64,000 nucleotides of DNA, taken from the human T2T-CHM13v2.0 reference genome, Homo sapiens. Where the stretch lies: the NCBI RefSeq assembly GCF_009914755.1, contig NC_060935.1; one strand, 5' to 3'. Both the position numbers and the translations under genes were made by a program. Positions 11,401 through 25,585 of this stretch are shown here, in pieces; the first letter of the stretch is position 1, and the number at the start of each line of letters is the position of its first letter. Below the pieces are notes generated by a model. It was not told where the DNA came from and searched no databases. It saw only the letters and a list, made by a program, of their open reading frames with translations.

Positions 11401-12039
11401 AAAAGTGGATCCTTTTTATAGTCTTATTTATTTACCACTTTCTGGCAAATAATGTATTGAAGGAAAAAAAACTAGAGTCATTGGTCTTTGTCATAAAACA
11501 TAAAATATCCTACAGAGGTCAAAGAAATGTTGTTCCTCTCTTCTCCTGGGAAATATGTGGTTCCCTAGAGCTTCATGGTAGAAACACTGATTTTTTTTTT
11601 TCCTAAGAGTTATGTTTTCTTGTCAACTCACTTACTCATGGACACACAAAACTACAATGATTTGTTCTGTAGAAAGTTCCCAATCACTTCTGGTAGTTAC
11701 TATGTATCATACTCCAAAGCTGAGATTTTTATTATAGTATGTCCTGAGTTTTATATTTTATCATAGCTCAAATATTTGGAATTAAACCTGGTTATTACCA
11801 ATCTGTCTTTACTGAACCATATTGATCACATAGCTTAAGGATGGGATCCTGGACACTTATTTCTAACATACAGATTTATATGTAAACTGACAAATTTTCA
11901 ATGATCTATAATTAAGCTCTAACATACAAATTTGCATATTAAAATTCCAGAATAGATCTTTCATTACATCTATAATTTTATTATAAAATACTAAATTATC
12001 ACAATTGGAAAAAGTATAAAATGTCAACCATTTTGAATT

Positions 12040-12357
<318 letters not shown>

Positions 12358-13105
12358 TAGAATCAGTGCTACTGTAATGTTTCTAAAAGCAATTTCTGTA
12401 CTGAAAGTGTTACATGTTGAAAAAAATAAAATAACTGTATCTTTGGTGGCAATAAAACATTTAATCAGAAGTTTATCTTTAGGCATTTGAAAAATATTGA
12501 ATTAGGTTTTCTAGTAACTTAATATTTGTCGTTAATAAGCAAGCTGAAAAAAAAGTGACTCAAAACAAATTGTCACCATAATATGTCAGTTCAGTTAGGC
12601 CATATAAATAAAAGCTGTAAGGATACCCCTTGTTGACAGTTTCCAGTTTTTTTCTTTTTTTTTCCTTCTGTACAGCTTTGAGCACCTCGAAACAGCAACA
12701 TCTCTTCTAATTTACTTATTAGTTATATTTGTTTTGTTCTTCAGATTTTTTAAAGTTTTAAACAATCAAGACACATTATTTGTGAAAAGAAAGTTTTAAT
12801 TCTTATGTTCAAATCAATATGAGTTTGTTTTGCCTGTCGTACACACAGTGAAACATTGAAGTGGTGAGTGTAGATATCTTAACTTTTTGCTAAATTTGGG
12901 GGAAACTGTTGAGCCTTCCATTATTAAGCATTATGTAAGCTATAGGATCTTATAGACATCTATCATCAGATTGAGGAAGTCTCCTTGTTTTCCAAATTTG
13001 CTGATAGTTTTTATTACGGATGCGTGGTTACTTTGTTCATATTTTCTGTCTATTGAAATAATCAAGTATTCTTTTCTTCTTTCTTTAGTCTGTTTTTTTT
13101 AATGG

Positions 13106-13706
13106 TGTATTATTTTTCTACGGCTGCAGCAGCAAATTATGACAATTTGGTGGCTTAAAACAAGGAAGATTAGTCTCTCACAGTTGTGGAGGCCAGAGGT
13201 CTGAAATCAAAGTGTTGGCAAGACAACATTTCCTCCAAAGGCTCTAGGGGAGAACTTTTTCTTGCTTCTTCCAGTTTCTGGCAGCTCCTGGGGTCTCTTG
13301 GCTTACAGAAGCATAACTCCAGTCTGTGCTTCTGTTCTCACATGACCTACTTTTCTGTGTGTCTGGTGTGTGTCTACATCTCCCTCTCCCTTCTCTTATT
13401 CTAGTAACGTGAATCATTGAATTTAGGGCCCATCCTATAATAAATCCAGGATTATTTCACCTTGACATCTTTAATTCAATCTTCCTTTCTTTTTTTAAAA
13501 TACAAAAAATGACAATTATATTTGTTCTTTATTTTAGGGTACATGTGCAAGATGTGCAGGTTTGTTACATGGTAAACATCTGCCATAGTGGCTTGCTGCA
13601 TAGATCATCTCATCACCAAGGTATTAAGCCCAGCATCCATTAACTGTCATATACTGAGGTTATGGATGAGCATGTATTTTTGGGGGACACTCTTCAACCC
13701 ATTACA
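13106..13706 (-). mobile_element. MLT1 (MaLR) LTR, itself interrupted by an L1PA 3' fragment
   Basis: ggtggcttaaaacaa...ctctcacagttgtggaggccagaggtctgaaatcaa...gggggacactcttcaaccc motifs. Confidence 0.8.
13483..13645 (-). mobile_element. L1PA 3' end fragment
   Basis: gggtacatgtgcaagatgtgcaggtttgttacat...aggtattaagcccagcatccatta. Confidence 0.8.
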
Positions 13707-15805
13707 TATGATAAAATACATTGATTAATTTTCAAAAATTAAACCAATCTTAGTATCCTTAGCATAAACCACTGTTGGTCCTCATGGACTGTACTATTTC
13801 AATATTGCTGGATTTCATTACAAAATTACATGCATAAATTCATGAGAAATATTAGTTAGCAATTTTGTTTTTGTGTAATGTCTTTGTGTGCTTTTGGTAT
13901 CAAAATAATTTTGGTTACATAAAATAAGCTTGAAAAAGTTCCCCCTCTGTTTTCTGAGTTTGTATAGGGATGACATTATCTTTTCATCTGTGTGTGTGTG
14001 TGTGTATCTTTAAAAATTTGTTTTTTAAGCTATGTTAAGGGAGATCTAGAGAAGCCTTTACTCAAGGGCTAGTTTGGCCCTGAGGATTGGCTCACATAAC
14101 TCTTAAAGCCTAAAGCCTTGTTTTTCTTTTGTGTGTTAGTATTTTTTTTATGTCTACTGACTGTTCCAGGTTTTCAGCATATCAGTTGACAAGCAAGCAT
14201 CTCCCAGCCCTTTGCAGGGTCTTGTAGTTGTTCAGTTTACATCACACTGTAGTGTTCCTTTCCTAGATGGTGGTTGTCAAGCTTCATGAATTCACATACT
14301 ATACATGTGTAACTTATTATGTAATCAACAATTCAGGATGACCTCACTCAGTTTTCTGATGCTCTTTCTCTATGTAGGCTCCTACTCTTTGTCCTCTGCT
14401 CTGTAAAATCCATCTGCATCAGCTTCCCTGTCTTGTGATCTCTGTTGTATAATCTGAGCAAAGTTACTGTTCTTACAATTGTTGTTCTCAGGTTGAATTC
14501 CCATTTCCTTGCACAAGGGCCTGGGAAATATCTTAAGGCAGAAAGTCAGGTGATCATAGTTCTTAAATTATTTGTATCTCTTTTGTCTTCTCTAAGCTGA
14601 CTGTTGTCCAAAGTCTGAAAACAGTAGTTTCCCATATTTTCTCCATTTTGTTACTTGTTTATGTTTGAAGGACTAATCATATAGTAGTTTCTTCGATTTG
14701 TCTTATAGCAAAAGTTTTTCGAAATAAATTTTACTGCCTGTTGAAATGTATACTTATTTTGTTTTTAAATAGAATATTTGCATTTTTAGTATTTTTACCT
14801 TGTTTCTCTAAGTACAATTTACTAAAATTAATCACTGTTTGCAGAGAAATTGATATTATACTAAATAAGCACAATTTTCACAGTCTTGGAGATATTAATC
14901 ACTTTGTATAAATTAAATTTTAACTTGAAATTGTACAAGGAAATATTTGTGAAAGTTTTCAGCAGTCATTACCTCAAAAATATAATAATTTTTTCTCTGT
15001 TTTATTTTTCATTTAAAGTTAATGGAGAACACACAATTTTTAAAATATAAACTACATTTTAGTACTTTTATTGATATTGTTTCTTATGAAAGTAACAAAA
15101 TCAATTCATATTTATTATGTGTATATGTGTATATACAGAAAATATAAATTCCAAAATGGTGAAATATTTTTATAACTTTATAAATTTGATCTATGACTTG
15201 TTAACTTCTACTCTTTATATATACATTCATGTGTTCACCAGAAAACATCTTTCTATACTTGTTTTACAGTCTTTTCCCCATTTAACAATATATTTTACAT
15301 ATATATGCATCCCATTAAATGATCCTCACCAACATCATTTTAGTTGGTTAAGTAATAGTTTCCTGTATAAAATGAAATATAATTTATTTAACCAAATCCT
15401 TGTTGTTTATATTATCTCAAAATTTTTATTACCTGAAGCCATGCTATGATAAAGATCTTTACTTGTACATTATATGTAATTCCTTCATTTTTGTTTCTCC
15501 CTTGAGGTTACAGAAGAGAAGTATAAATAATGAGGAAGATAGTACAGATTTGCTCACTAAACACTAACTCTGACTCCCTTCTAGATTTCCTTATGAACTA
15601 TATGGTATTTGAGAAACTCAATTGACCAGATTGCAGGGTTCTATATCGTATCAGTTTCCATGAAGTAAAATCATTTTTGTAGAATGTGAAGATCAAAGTG
15701 TGAAACTGAGGTGGTGGATGTTGGCTGGGAGATCAGCTATTTTATAAGCAGAGTGGTAGTGGTGTTTAGTTCCCTGTAGTAGCTGTGACTGATTTTTTCT
15801 TTACA

Positions 15806-15937
15806 TTTCATTTAACAAGCTAATCATACAGTCAGCTCAACACTGAAACAGCGATGTGAACCAACAGAAAGGAAGGCATGCACTACCTTGTTGTAAAATG
15901 TAGTCACTTTGCAACACTACCTTGATGTGAAACATTA
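15806..15937 (-). repeat. Left arm of a 132-bp inverted duplication (partner 17353-17484)
   Basis: Reverse complement equals 17353-17484 with 2 mismatches; the ORF track shows near-identical peptides on opposite strands. Confidence 0.97.
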
Positions 15938-17352
15938 ACCATGATGCCCCCAGCATCATGGTTATTGAGTGATGTGCAGCAGCAGCAGTGGTACAGTTCT
16001 TCAGTGTTGTGGGCATGTTTCCCAACTGGATTGTACCAGGATTTATGGCATCAAAGTTAGGTTCCTTAGCCCTTCATAGGATTCTGCAAATGAATACTCT
16101 TTAATAAATTTTCTTTGGCATAAATTAGCTAGAATGAATATTATTGTCATCTGTCAGGAATCTGGAATGAAGAGGGTCATGGTTTTGAATCTTTAGTCTT
16201 TTAAATAAATACACATTGCCTACTTATCTCCAAAATATTTGTTACCATTTACATTTGGACAAGCAGTGCACAGAAGTTTCCAGTTTTCTGAATTTTTTCA
16301 TCATTAGGTATTATTGTTTGAAAAAAATTGAGAAAGGCACTCTGAACCACCCCACTCCATTATGTCCATGCCTCTTTGCAGAGGCTTGAACTCTTTAAAG
16401 TCATTCATTTTCACAATGACATATTTAAAGTTATTACTAATTTTTCTGACTCTTTAGTATTACGTATTGAATGCCTGCTATGTGCATACATAATGTACAT
16501 ACATTATCTACTTAAATGCCACAAAACTCAATGGTTTCATCTTTTAGTCATTAACCATTCTACAAAGTGACATCAACAAGGTTTACCATGTGAAATACTT
16601 CACTCCTAGATTCACAGCAAGTAAATGAAAGAAAAAGAATCCAAATTCAGGTAACCTGACTCATTAGCTCATGCTGATTCCAACTGTTCATCTGTCCTGT
16701 AGAATCATCTCTTAACATCTGTTCTCCTTCCCTGTGATATATGTAATTTTTAAGTTATACAAAATTGTCTTACCCTTAATTATTTCTGGTGGTCAAGGAA
16801 GCAGTTTGTAAGTAAACACACATACACACGTATATACATATTGAACTTTTAATCAGGTTGCTAGTGCCTAAGGCTGTTTCGCTAAAAGATAATCACTTAT
16901 TGTTTATAAAGGTAGCTTTACTCAATGAAAAACCAGTGTTCCTTAGGCCACCTATTTTCTGATAACTGGCTGCTACGCACATATACTGGAAACTATGAAA
17001 TTGTAAGAATGTTTACGAAAATATGATTTACATACAAATAGCATGTGTAAGTCTAATCTTAGTTTACTAGAAAAATGAAAGTACTTATAAGGATGATGTA
17101 ATATCAAGCCAACAGAATGTAAAGCATTTCTAAATTGCTCAGAACTCTAATTAGCATAAAAAATCCAGTCTGAAATGGAACATCAGAAAACAGTATTTTT
17201 TTTTCCTCTAGTCTCTCTGGAGAGTACAGAGCTGGCTGCACACTAATGACACAAGGTCACTTCCACCACCTTGCATTGTGTAACTGAAGAACATATCCAA
17301 GCAAAGGATCACTTTGATGCCACAATTGAAAGCAAACGGGATGCAAAAGCAG

Positions 17353-17484
17353 TAATGTTTCACATCAAGGTAGTGTTGCAATGTGACTACGTTTTACAAC
17401 AAGGTAGTGCATGCCTTCCTTTCTGTTGGTTCACATCGCTGTTTCAGTGTTGAGCTGACTGTATGATTAGCTTGTTAAATGAAA
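17353..17484 (+). repeat. Right arm of the 132-bp inverted duplication
   Basis: taatgtttcacatcaagg...cttgttaaatgaaa; see 15806-15937. Confidence 0.97.
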
Positions 17485-18101
17485 ATGAATGTATGTAACA
17501 TACACTATGAATGTATGTTCATAGTGTTCAGGTTGCCTCTTCTGACTGATGTCTTAAAATCAAGTCTTCTCTAACATTCAGCCAAAATCTAAGTCTAAAA
17601 TGAACATTCAAATATAATAATTGACGTTTGTCTTAACTGAAATATCCATCTTCCAGGCAATGTCAATAGCTCACTCCTCTCTGCTTCCTTCGCACTTCCT
17701 TTGCACTTTGTGTTTATTTCATTTATTGCACTTATCATATTGTGTCATTTTATGAACATAATTTTACTCCCCAGATATTTTGCTGCCTCAGATATCTTTA
17801 CTTTGCCACTTAGCTCAGTAATTGGCATTGTGAAATAAAAATGAAATAGATGAATGAACAAATAAACCTTTCTCAAATGCTAAGAAGTAGGCTCTAGAAA
17901 CCAGGGTTATAGCATAAAGGAAGAAAAACAGGTACCAAAAGGAGAGTTTGAGGGTCTTTCAACATTTCCTAGGGTGTGTTTGTTTGTAAGGGATTACATA
18001 CATAACAGAAATCTAAAACTAATGCTACATTCTAATGTGTTTGGTTAGGAAAAAATAGTAAACTATTATTGTAGTTTGAGCACAAACACAAATAAATTTG
18101 G

Positions 18102-18482
18102 TGTATTAGTCCATTTTCACACTGCTATAAAGAATACCTGAGACTGGATAATTTATAAACAAAAGTTTAAATAACTAATAGTTCCATACGGCTAGAGAGG
18201 TCTCAGGAAACTTACAATCATGGTGGAAAGGAAAGGAAAGCCAGGCATGTCTTATATGGCAGCAGGAGAGAGAAAGGGACAGAGAGAGAGAGAGATAAGG
18301 GGGAAGTGGCAGATACTTATCACACAACCATATGTCGTGAGAACTTACCATCATGAGAACAGCATGGGGGAAACCACCCCCATAATCCAGTCACCGCCCA
18401 TCAGGTCCCTCCCTCTAGATATGAGGAATGCAATTCCGATTACAATTTGAGATTGGAGTGGGGACACAGCAAAACCATGTCA
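18102..18482 (-). mobile_element. THE1/MST-type MaLR solo LTR
   Basis: tgtattagtccattttcacactgctataaagaatacctgagactgg...catgagaacagcatgggggaaacc...gggacacagc...ca. Confidence 0.9.
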
Positions 18483-19614
18483 CTTAGTCTCAACTGAAAG
18501 GTAATTTCCAGAAACAACATAAAATACTAGCACATCATAAACGTCATTGGGGCATCTGATACCCTCTAAACTGCAATTTTCTAATTGCTAAAATGATGAT
18601 AATTGCCATTTTACCCTTATTTCTTCTAGGGTTAATACAAGAAATGGACAAGAAATATGTAAAAGCCTTGATGAATAATCAAAGATCACTGCTTTAGTTT
18701 ATGTTTTACCACTTACTGATTTTCTAATATGGCATTTAAATTCCCTAACTCTGTCTGTTCGTTAACAGAAATGGGTAAAGATAACTATTTTCTGTGGTAT
18801 CTGTATAAAACTGGGGATTTTAATCCACCCAGCAGGATTCACTCACCTATTGATGTCAATGCAGAGAGTTCCAGAAGAAGTGAGCTTAACTGACAAAGGA
18901 TGAGATTGATAAAATACATGTTAAAAGGATATTAGCTGAAATTGTTTTTCTTAACATGATCAGATGACTGATGATTGCAATGTAGCTGAAATATTTATGA
19001 TAATTTTTGTGGATTATTTTTTCACCCAAGCATATATATAGAAAACTCAGTGTTCAATGTTCCATAAAAAAGAAACTTAATGATTAATTTAGCTTACTTT
19101 TTACTTTCAATCAATCAAAAGAAAATCTGATTTGGAAATCTTTCTATTCCAAGTGTGAAAATTTTAGCTAGACTAGCAAATTAGTAAGACAGTCATTTCT
19201 CTTCAGAAATTCAGAGTCTAGCATAAGAAATAAGGTAACATTATATGAAAAATATTGATTAAAGTATAACCTCCTAATTACCAAAATTGAGGTAGAAAGC
19301 TCAATTAGGCTCTTTTGGCATCAAGTGGTTACCAAGAACATGACATTTATTAGACTGAAACCTCACTACCTGAAACTTTATATGTAATAAATATTTGCAA
19401 ATAGGGATATATGGATAAATAGGAATAGATAAATGTGATCTTTTCATATTCAGTATTACCCAGTGGGGTGTATAGTTTGTTCACTTGTTCTGGAATCTGG
19501 ACTCTCAATAACAACAATCTGGTAAAAGTGACCATTTTCTGTATTTATATCTCTATGACTAATATCACTATGCAGTCTATCTGTTACCTAAGCAAAAAAT
19601 ATGGAACTTGTAAT

Positions 19615-19948
19615 GTAGTAGTCCCCACTTATCTGTGGGAGATATGTTTCAAGACCCCCAATAGATGTCCGAAAACATGAATAGTATTGGACCCCATATA
19701 TATCATGGCTTTTTAAAAATCTGATAGTTGAGACAGCTATTAAGTGACTAACAGTTGAGTAGCCTATACAGTGTAGATATGTGCAGAGCAGGTCAGACTG
19801 GGACAGCTAAAGATTTCATCGTGCTATTCAGAAGAGGTGCTATTTAAAACTTATAAATTGTTTATTTCTGGAGTTTTCCATTCAGTATTTTCAGACTTGG
19901 TTAACTGAAACCTGAGAAAGCAAATCTGTGGATAATAGGGGATGCCTG
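19615..19948 (-). mobile_element. MER44-type (Tigger-derived) non-autonomous DNA transposon
   Basis: Terminal inverted repeats tagtagtccccacttatctgtgg ... ctgtggataataggggatgcctg; internal ttataaattgtttatttctgga. Confidence 0.8.
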
Positions 19949-20564
19949 TAGCATCTCCCTAGCAATTACCAAGTTCAGCTGAGTTTACATCTTCAGTAGT
20001 TCTCATATTTTTTCTGTCCTTATCATTCTTATTTTGTGTCCCAGGCACGGAACCTTCATTTGCCAATACTTAAACTATTGCAATGTCCTTTGCATTGTCT
20101 CCTCTAGAAGATGCTATATTTAAAAAGAAAGTCTGACCAAATTACTCCCTAGTTTATAACACTTCAGTGGACTCTCACTATCTTTTGAGCAAAAATAAAT
20201 TTCATAGCTCAGCTTACAATGTCCTCCATCATTTGGGCCTTGCTTCGTTTTTTTTCTTTATGAACCACTACTTTTTTTTCACAAAGGATGTTCTAGTAAC
20301 AACAACAACAACAATATGATGGATTGGGATCCCTAAAAGAAACCATATGCTATTTCAAAAGTTCTAAGACTTTCCAAATGTTTTGCCTGGGCTTGTAATT
20401 CTCCTTCCTCCCCTTCTATATTGCTTAAGTAACTTCTACTTATTCTCCAAAACAAAACTCAGTTATTTTCTCCATTAATATATTCTAGAGTCTCCTCAAC
20501 CCCAAGGATATATTAGGTGAGCTACTTTTGACTCCCTAGTAGGCTGTTCATTCTTGTATCTTAG

Positions 20565-21275
20565 CATAGTAGCAGTGGTTAAGACTAGGGCTATGAAGAT
20601 ACATGCATAAGGATTCAATTCCCCTCTCTCATACAAAATTACCTTAACCTCTCCAATAAACTATTCTTATCTTCAAAATGAAGTTTAAAATGCTGCTTAA
20701 TTCATACGGTTCTTGTGAAGATTTCATGGTAATGAGATAGGAGGCAGACTCAACTCTGGAGGTGGGACTCAGACACCGGACCAGATTGAGAACTAACTGA
20801 AACAAGGAAGAGATAGGCAAAAGCATCTCTCAATAAGACATGTCCATCAGTGCCATGTCAGTTTACCATTGCCATGGCAACATCCAAAAGTAGACATCTC
20901 TATGGCAACAACCTGACCACCTGGAAGTTACCACCCTATTTCTAGATGTTTCTCCATAATATGCGCCTTCATTTGCATATAATTAAAAGTAGAAATAAAT
21001 ATGACTGAACAACTGCCTCTGAGCTGCAAGTCTGGGCACACTTCATACAGCATAGCCCTGCTCTGCAAGGAGCAGTGCCTCTGTTGCTGCTTCAGTGAAA
21101 GTTACTGTGTGACACCACCGGCTCACCCTTGAATTATTATCTAGGCAAAGCCAAGAACTCTCCAAGGCTAAGCCCCAGTTTGGGGGCTCACCTACGCTGC
21201 ACCAGTAATAGGCTAGTAAAGCCTTTAGCAAAGGCCCCAACACATGGAAAAGGTTATATGAATATTTTCTATTGC
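20565..21275 (+). mobile_element. MIR split by an LTR insertion
   Basis: MIR-like motifs (gtggttaagact..., atcttcaaaatg...ttgtgaagatt) before 20733 resume after 21208 (gtaaagcctttagca...cacatgg). Confidence 0.6.
20733..21204 (+). mobile_element. MER41-family ERV1 solo LTR
   Basis: TG...CA, 4-bp TSD GTAA (20729-20732, 21205-21208); gtttaccattgccatggcaac, ggaagttacc, gctaagccccagtttgggggctc motifs. Confidence 0.82.
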
Positions 21276-21469
21276 ACCAGCTCCTACCAAATAATTGAAG
21301 TGAAATTATTTCTTACCATTTTTCTCACTAAATGAAGGGACTTTGCAAGCAAGGCTCCTACTCTCTTCTTCGATATATCTCCAAAAGTGGGCCCAGGGCT
21401 TGACACATGGTAGACACCTATTTTGTCGAACCAAATAAGCGTATGGAGCTTACTTTACTATTTATTCTC

Positions 21470-21611
21470 TTTTATTTTATTTATTTCTTTTTTTAGAAAC
21501 ATGGTTTTGCTATGTTGCCCAAGCTGGTCTTTAAGTTTTGGCCTCAAGTGATCCTCCTGCCTCAGCCTCCCAAAGCAATGGGATTACAGGTATAAGCCAC
21601 TGCACCCACCC
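21470..21611 (-). mobile_element. FLAM/Alu left monomer
   Basis: Single reverse Alu monomer with T-rich tail. Confidence 0.8.
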
Positions 21612-23290
21612 ACACTTTATCATTTATAAACAATATTAGAGATGTCATATTGAATGAGAAAATGAAGCAGTTAAGGTAATTGTCCAAGACCCAGTTAGTT
21701 GCAAACTGGTTTGACATTTGATTTTCTAAAAGCAAATCCTTTGTTATAGCATAGCGCACCTTCAGCCTGGAACTACTGCTTTTTCTGACAGATTTTCTCA
21801 TTAGCTAGAAGTGTCAGACACAGTATTTGAGCTCGACATAATTTTCACTTAACGCATCAGAGAATTCAAGATTTTCACCAAACAAAAGCCATAAGCATGA
21901 TTCCATTGGCAACATAAAGGACTCAACAAATAACACCATATTGATGCTTGAGCATTCCCATTTTTCTGGAAATTGTAGCAAACAACTTGATTATATGAAA
22001 CAATGGACTCCAATGAGCATACCTTAATAGAATATCTATCCTGGTAGGAGAAATATTATTTATGACAAAAAACATCATAGTGAGTTTTCACTGTCCAGAA
22101 ATACCAAGTATTTGGTGATCAACACTTGATCACAAGTAGGCCATAATGAATAAAAGGAGTTAAAGTAGCTACTGGTAAGGGCCAAGTCATTTTTTTCCGC
22201 TAAAACTGGAATATATGGTGAGTAGATTTTTGTCTTGAACTGATCTGAGAACACCAGGCATGCTGTACTTAGCTTGATCTACTCTAAATAGTCTTGTTGT
22301 GGCTCAGGCATTATTCTAATCCTGAGAAGAACTTCTTTCTTTCCCATCTGCTGTCTATCTGAAAGTTGTCAATTTTTGACAGAGCAGAGCATGCTTTTTC
22401 TCTAACTTGCAGCTTTTTACAAACACAGATATCATAGGCTATGTAATTAATTAGATGGAACCATATACAATTGCCAGTATTCAACATTTTTGAGTTACAA
22501 AAGAATGAAAGTTTTATAATTTTCACTGGAACATATGTTCTCTGAACTCACCATCTACTGTCTGTTTTTCACTTTGGTATTCCAAAGATCTGAGAATGCT
22601 TTGTTTGGAAAATTTAAAATAACCATACAAAAAGCCCCAAAGTATAACACATACTTAAATGTAGCAATAGCTCTACATGTTTATGTGTATGCATGTACGT
22701 ATTAGGCTGCTAAGTAATACAAGCAATTGAGAAAGAAAAGAAAGTCAACATGTTTTGATGATGTCTCAGAAGCATGTTAGAGGCTCTTTTTAAGTTATTT
22801 ATTGTAGCCTCACAGTTTTAAAAGTTGGTCAGCATTATACTTATAGAAAAAAAACTAAAAAAACTAGGCTCACAGAAGCCAAATCACAGTTAAAGTTACT
22901 TAAGTTTATCTAGGCTTATACCTTAGCCCAAGTGTCTAAAAAATCCCTCTCGTTTCTACTGCACAAAATTTGTATACATATAAATTTCCTGCAAGTCAAA
23001 TCAGGACAGGGTTATTATTGAATACTTTTGTGAATGTCTCAGTAGTCAATAGCTTGTGTCAGTGCAGCATGACAGACTGCCATCACCCACACCTGGCACC
23101 AACATGAAACCAGTGAGATAAACTATGTAGGATGTGAAACATAAGCACAATTCTATTTCTTCTGACAGTGTAAACTGCTCCATATTTGCCACAGAAAACT
23201 ACTAAAAACAAAGCACAAATGTCATTTTGTGTAGAGATCTACAATTCTTTTACCAGCTGATACCATTCAAATAATAAGAACTCGGCCTAT

Positions 23291-23293
<3 letters not shown>

Positions 23294-23327
<34 letters not shown>
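23294..23327. repeat. (GT)17 microsatellite
   Basis: Direct reading. Confidence 0.95.
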
Positions 23328-23328
<1 letters not shown>

Positions 23329-25175
23329 GAGGGGATAGTTTTACATTATTGCGGTAAAAGGGGGAATATTGGCATGTGCACTCCCCTTTTTATATAGAAA
23401 AGGATTTCCTGAATGGCAGCTGCTTGATAAATACTTAGAAATGTGTTGATTCTCTCACCTGCAATTTTATTCTCCATTCAGAGTTGTTACTGTTTTCTTT
23501 TTTTCTTATTAAACTGGGAAAAACTGTAGAAATAAGGATTTTAGAAGTACAAAGGACCTGAGATACTAGTCACTTAGCTAATTATGAGAATTGACAAGCT
23601 GCAGCTCAGAGAGGGAAGGTTTCTCATTATAGATCCCAACTAATGTACCTGGGCCCTTGTGATTAGGTTTATGATAATAACTATGGTTATGCGTCAAGTG
23701 GAGAACGAAGTCTAGGTATTATAGAGGGGTTTAGTGTTCCTGGAAACATACTGCATTAACATTCTGCTGCAGTGCTTACAACTTTAGATTTTAAGCATGT
23801 GTATTTTTTACAGAAATGACACTATTCTCTATGGAATTCATTTATAACACAAGGAACAATGGCAACACCAAGAAAATGTCTACTATTTGTTGAGCCTTTA
23901 CTATGTAGTTTACGTGCATTATCTCATGGCCTCACTACAACAATATGAGCAAGTTGTCATTATTATTCTATTTTATAAATGAGAAAACTGAGGTATAGCA
24001 AAGTAACTAGCTCAGTGTTCCTTGGTTAATAGGTAGTAGATCCAGAATTGTTACCTAATTCTGATTCCAGTATCTGAACTATTAATAAAAAAATATTTGG
24101 ACATATTTGGGAAATCTACAGCATGCTGAGTATCAGTTCCCATCATGAGTTTTCACTTAAATAATATTTACACATTATAATATTAACTACTATTACAGAA
24201 AATATGGACAAGGATAAAGAAGAATATAATATATAAAATATATTCCACACACCAAGAGATAACCACTGTTAAAAATTTTGAGTAATTTTTTTCAGTAACA
24301 CATCTGTCAGCCCGGATATGAGCCTAGATTACATGTAAGTATATGGATATAATGTATATAGGTCTACATGTATATTTGAGTCACAGGTCGATTTTGCATC
24401 ATTCTTTCTGTCTACTGCAGTTCCAGTTGTAGATAACTGGTCTTTTGATGTCCAGCAGATTTCTCTTTTTCTTTAGTGAAGACCATCACCTGCAGGGTAG
24501 CCTGCAGGGTAATTCTCAGCAGACAAGCACTTACTGTCTCCTCATTTACTAATGTTTAACACCCTTCTTAACTTTTACTTTTAATTTCAAACTCAATCCA
24601 CATGCCGATAGGAGTGTCTTTGGACTTCACTAATTAAGATAGTCCCAAAGGCGAATATTGTAGTTAATAAGGGAGCTCAAATCATTGTTCACTGATGAAA
24701 TAACTTACCACAAATCATGATAGTATTTTACAATTAAACAAATGAGACCAGAAAGTTGGGTGGAATTTTTAAATTAAGCTGAGACCATTTTCATTCACCG
24801 ATAAAGTTCATTAGAAAAAAAATAATGCAAGAACTTAGTGATTTTACAAATTTTTGTGATTTAATACTTATTTTTGAGCTTGTTCCTACTGCATGACATG
24901 GAGTACAGTGTAACAGGATGCTCTTAGCCACAAGCAACACTAAATTCTGACTCACTTTGCTTGAAAAGAAAATCATTTTTACCATCATATAAAGGCAGCC
25001 GCAGGATTAATTAAGTCAGTAGCCTAACAATGTCATCAAGGACCCAGTTTCTTTCCATCTTTCTTTCTTGACACGTTTGGTGTATCAGTTTAACTCACCC
25101 AATGGCTCCAAGAGAACTAACAAAATTCCAGGCCTTGCAAGAATACTTTCATCAGAAAACCTTTTAGCCCCCATA

Positions 25176-25585
25176 TATGATGGTCAGTTTTATGTGTCAA
25201 TTTAACAGGGCTATAGTACTCAGTTTTATGGTCAAACACTAACCTAGGTGTTTCCGTGAAGGTATTTTGTACAAGTGACTAGCATCTACAATAAGTTATG
25301 TAATGGAGATTATCAGGAATAATCAGTGAGATTCATCCAATTACCTGAAAGGCCTTCAGAATGACCATGAATATTCCCTGAGGAAGGAAGAAATTCTACC
25401 TGCAAACTGCAGAATCAGCTCCTGACCGAGAGATTCCAGCCTGTATTTCCTGACAGCCTTCCCTATACATTTTTTACTTCCTTAGACAACCCTTACAATT
25501 ACGTAACCCAATTCTTTACAATAAATCTCATTTGTATATTTTGCTCGTTTTGTTCTTTTCCTCTGATGGAACCCAGACTGACATG
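25176..25585 (+). mobile_element. MLT2 (ERVL) solo LTR
   Basis: tgatggtcagttttatgtgtcaa start, ctctgatggaacccagactgac end; 5-bp TSD CCATA (25171-25175, 25586-25590); apparently nested in an older MLT1-like element (~24900-25790). Confidence 0.85.

Larger units (their letters stand above)
12840..13985 (-). mobile_element. Old L1M ORF2 fragments interrupted by a MaLR LTR
   Basis: Antisense L1 phrases (ttgaggaagtctcc...atttgctgatagtttttatt; tctttgtgtgcttttggtatcaaaataat); boundaries approximate. Confidence 0.6.

Noticed and set aside
15837-17453. Two paralogous small peptides (…MFHIKVVLQ…FTSLFQC)
   Set aside because: A by-product of the DNA inverted duplication; no evidence of coding or splice structure.
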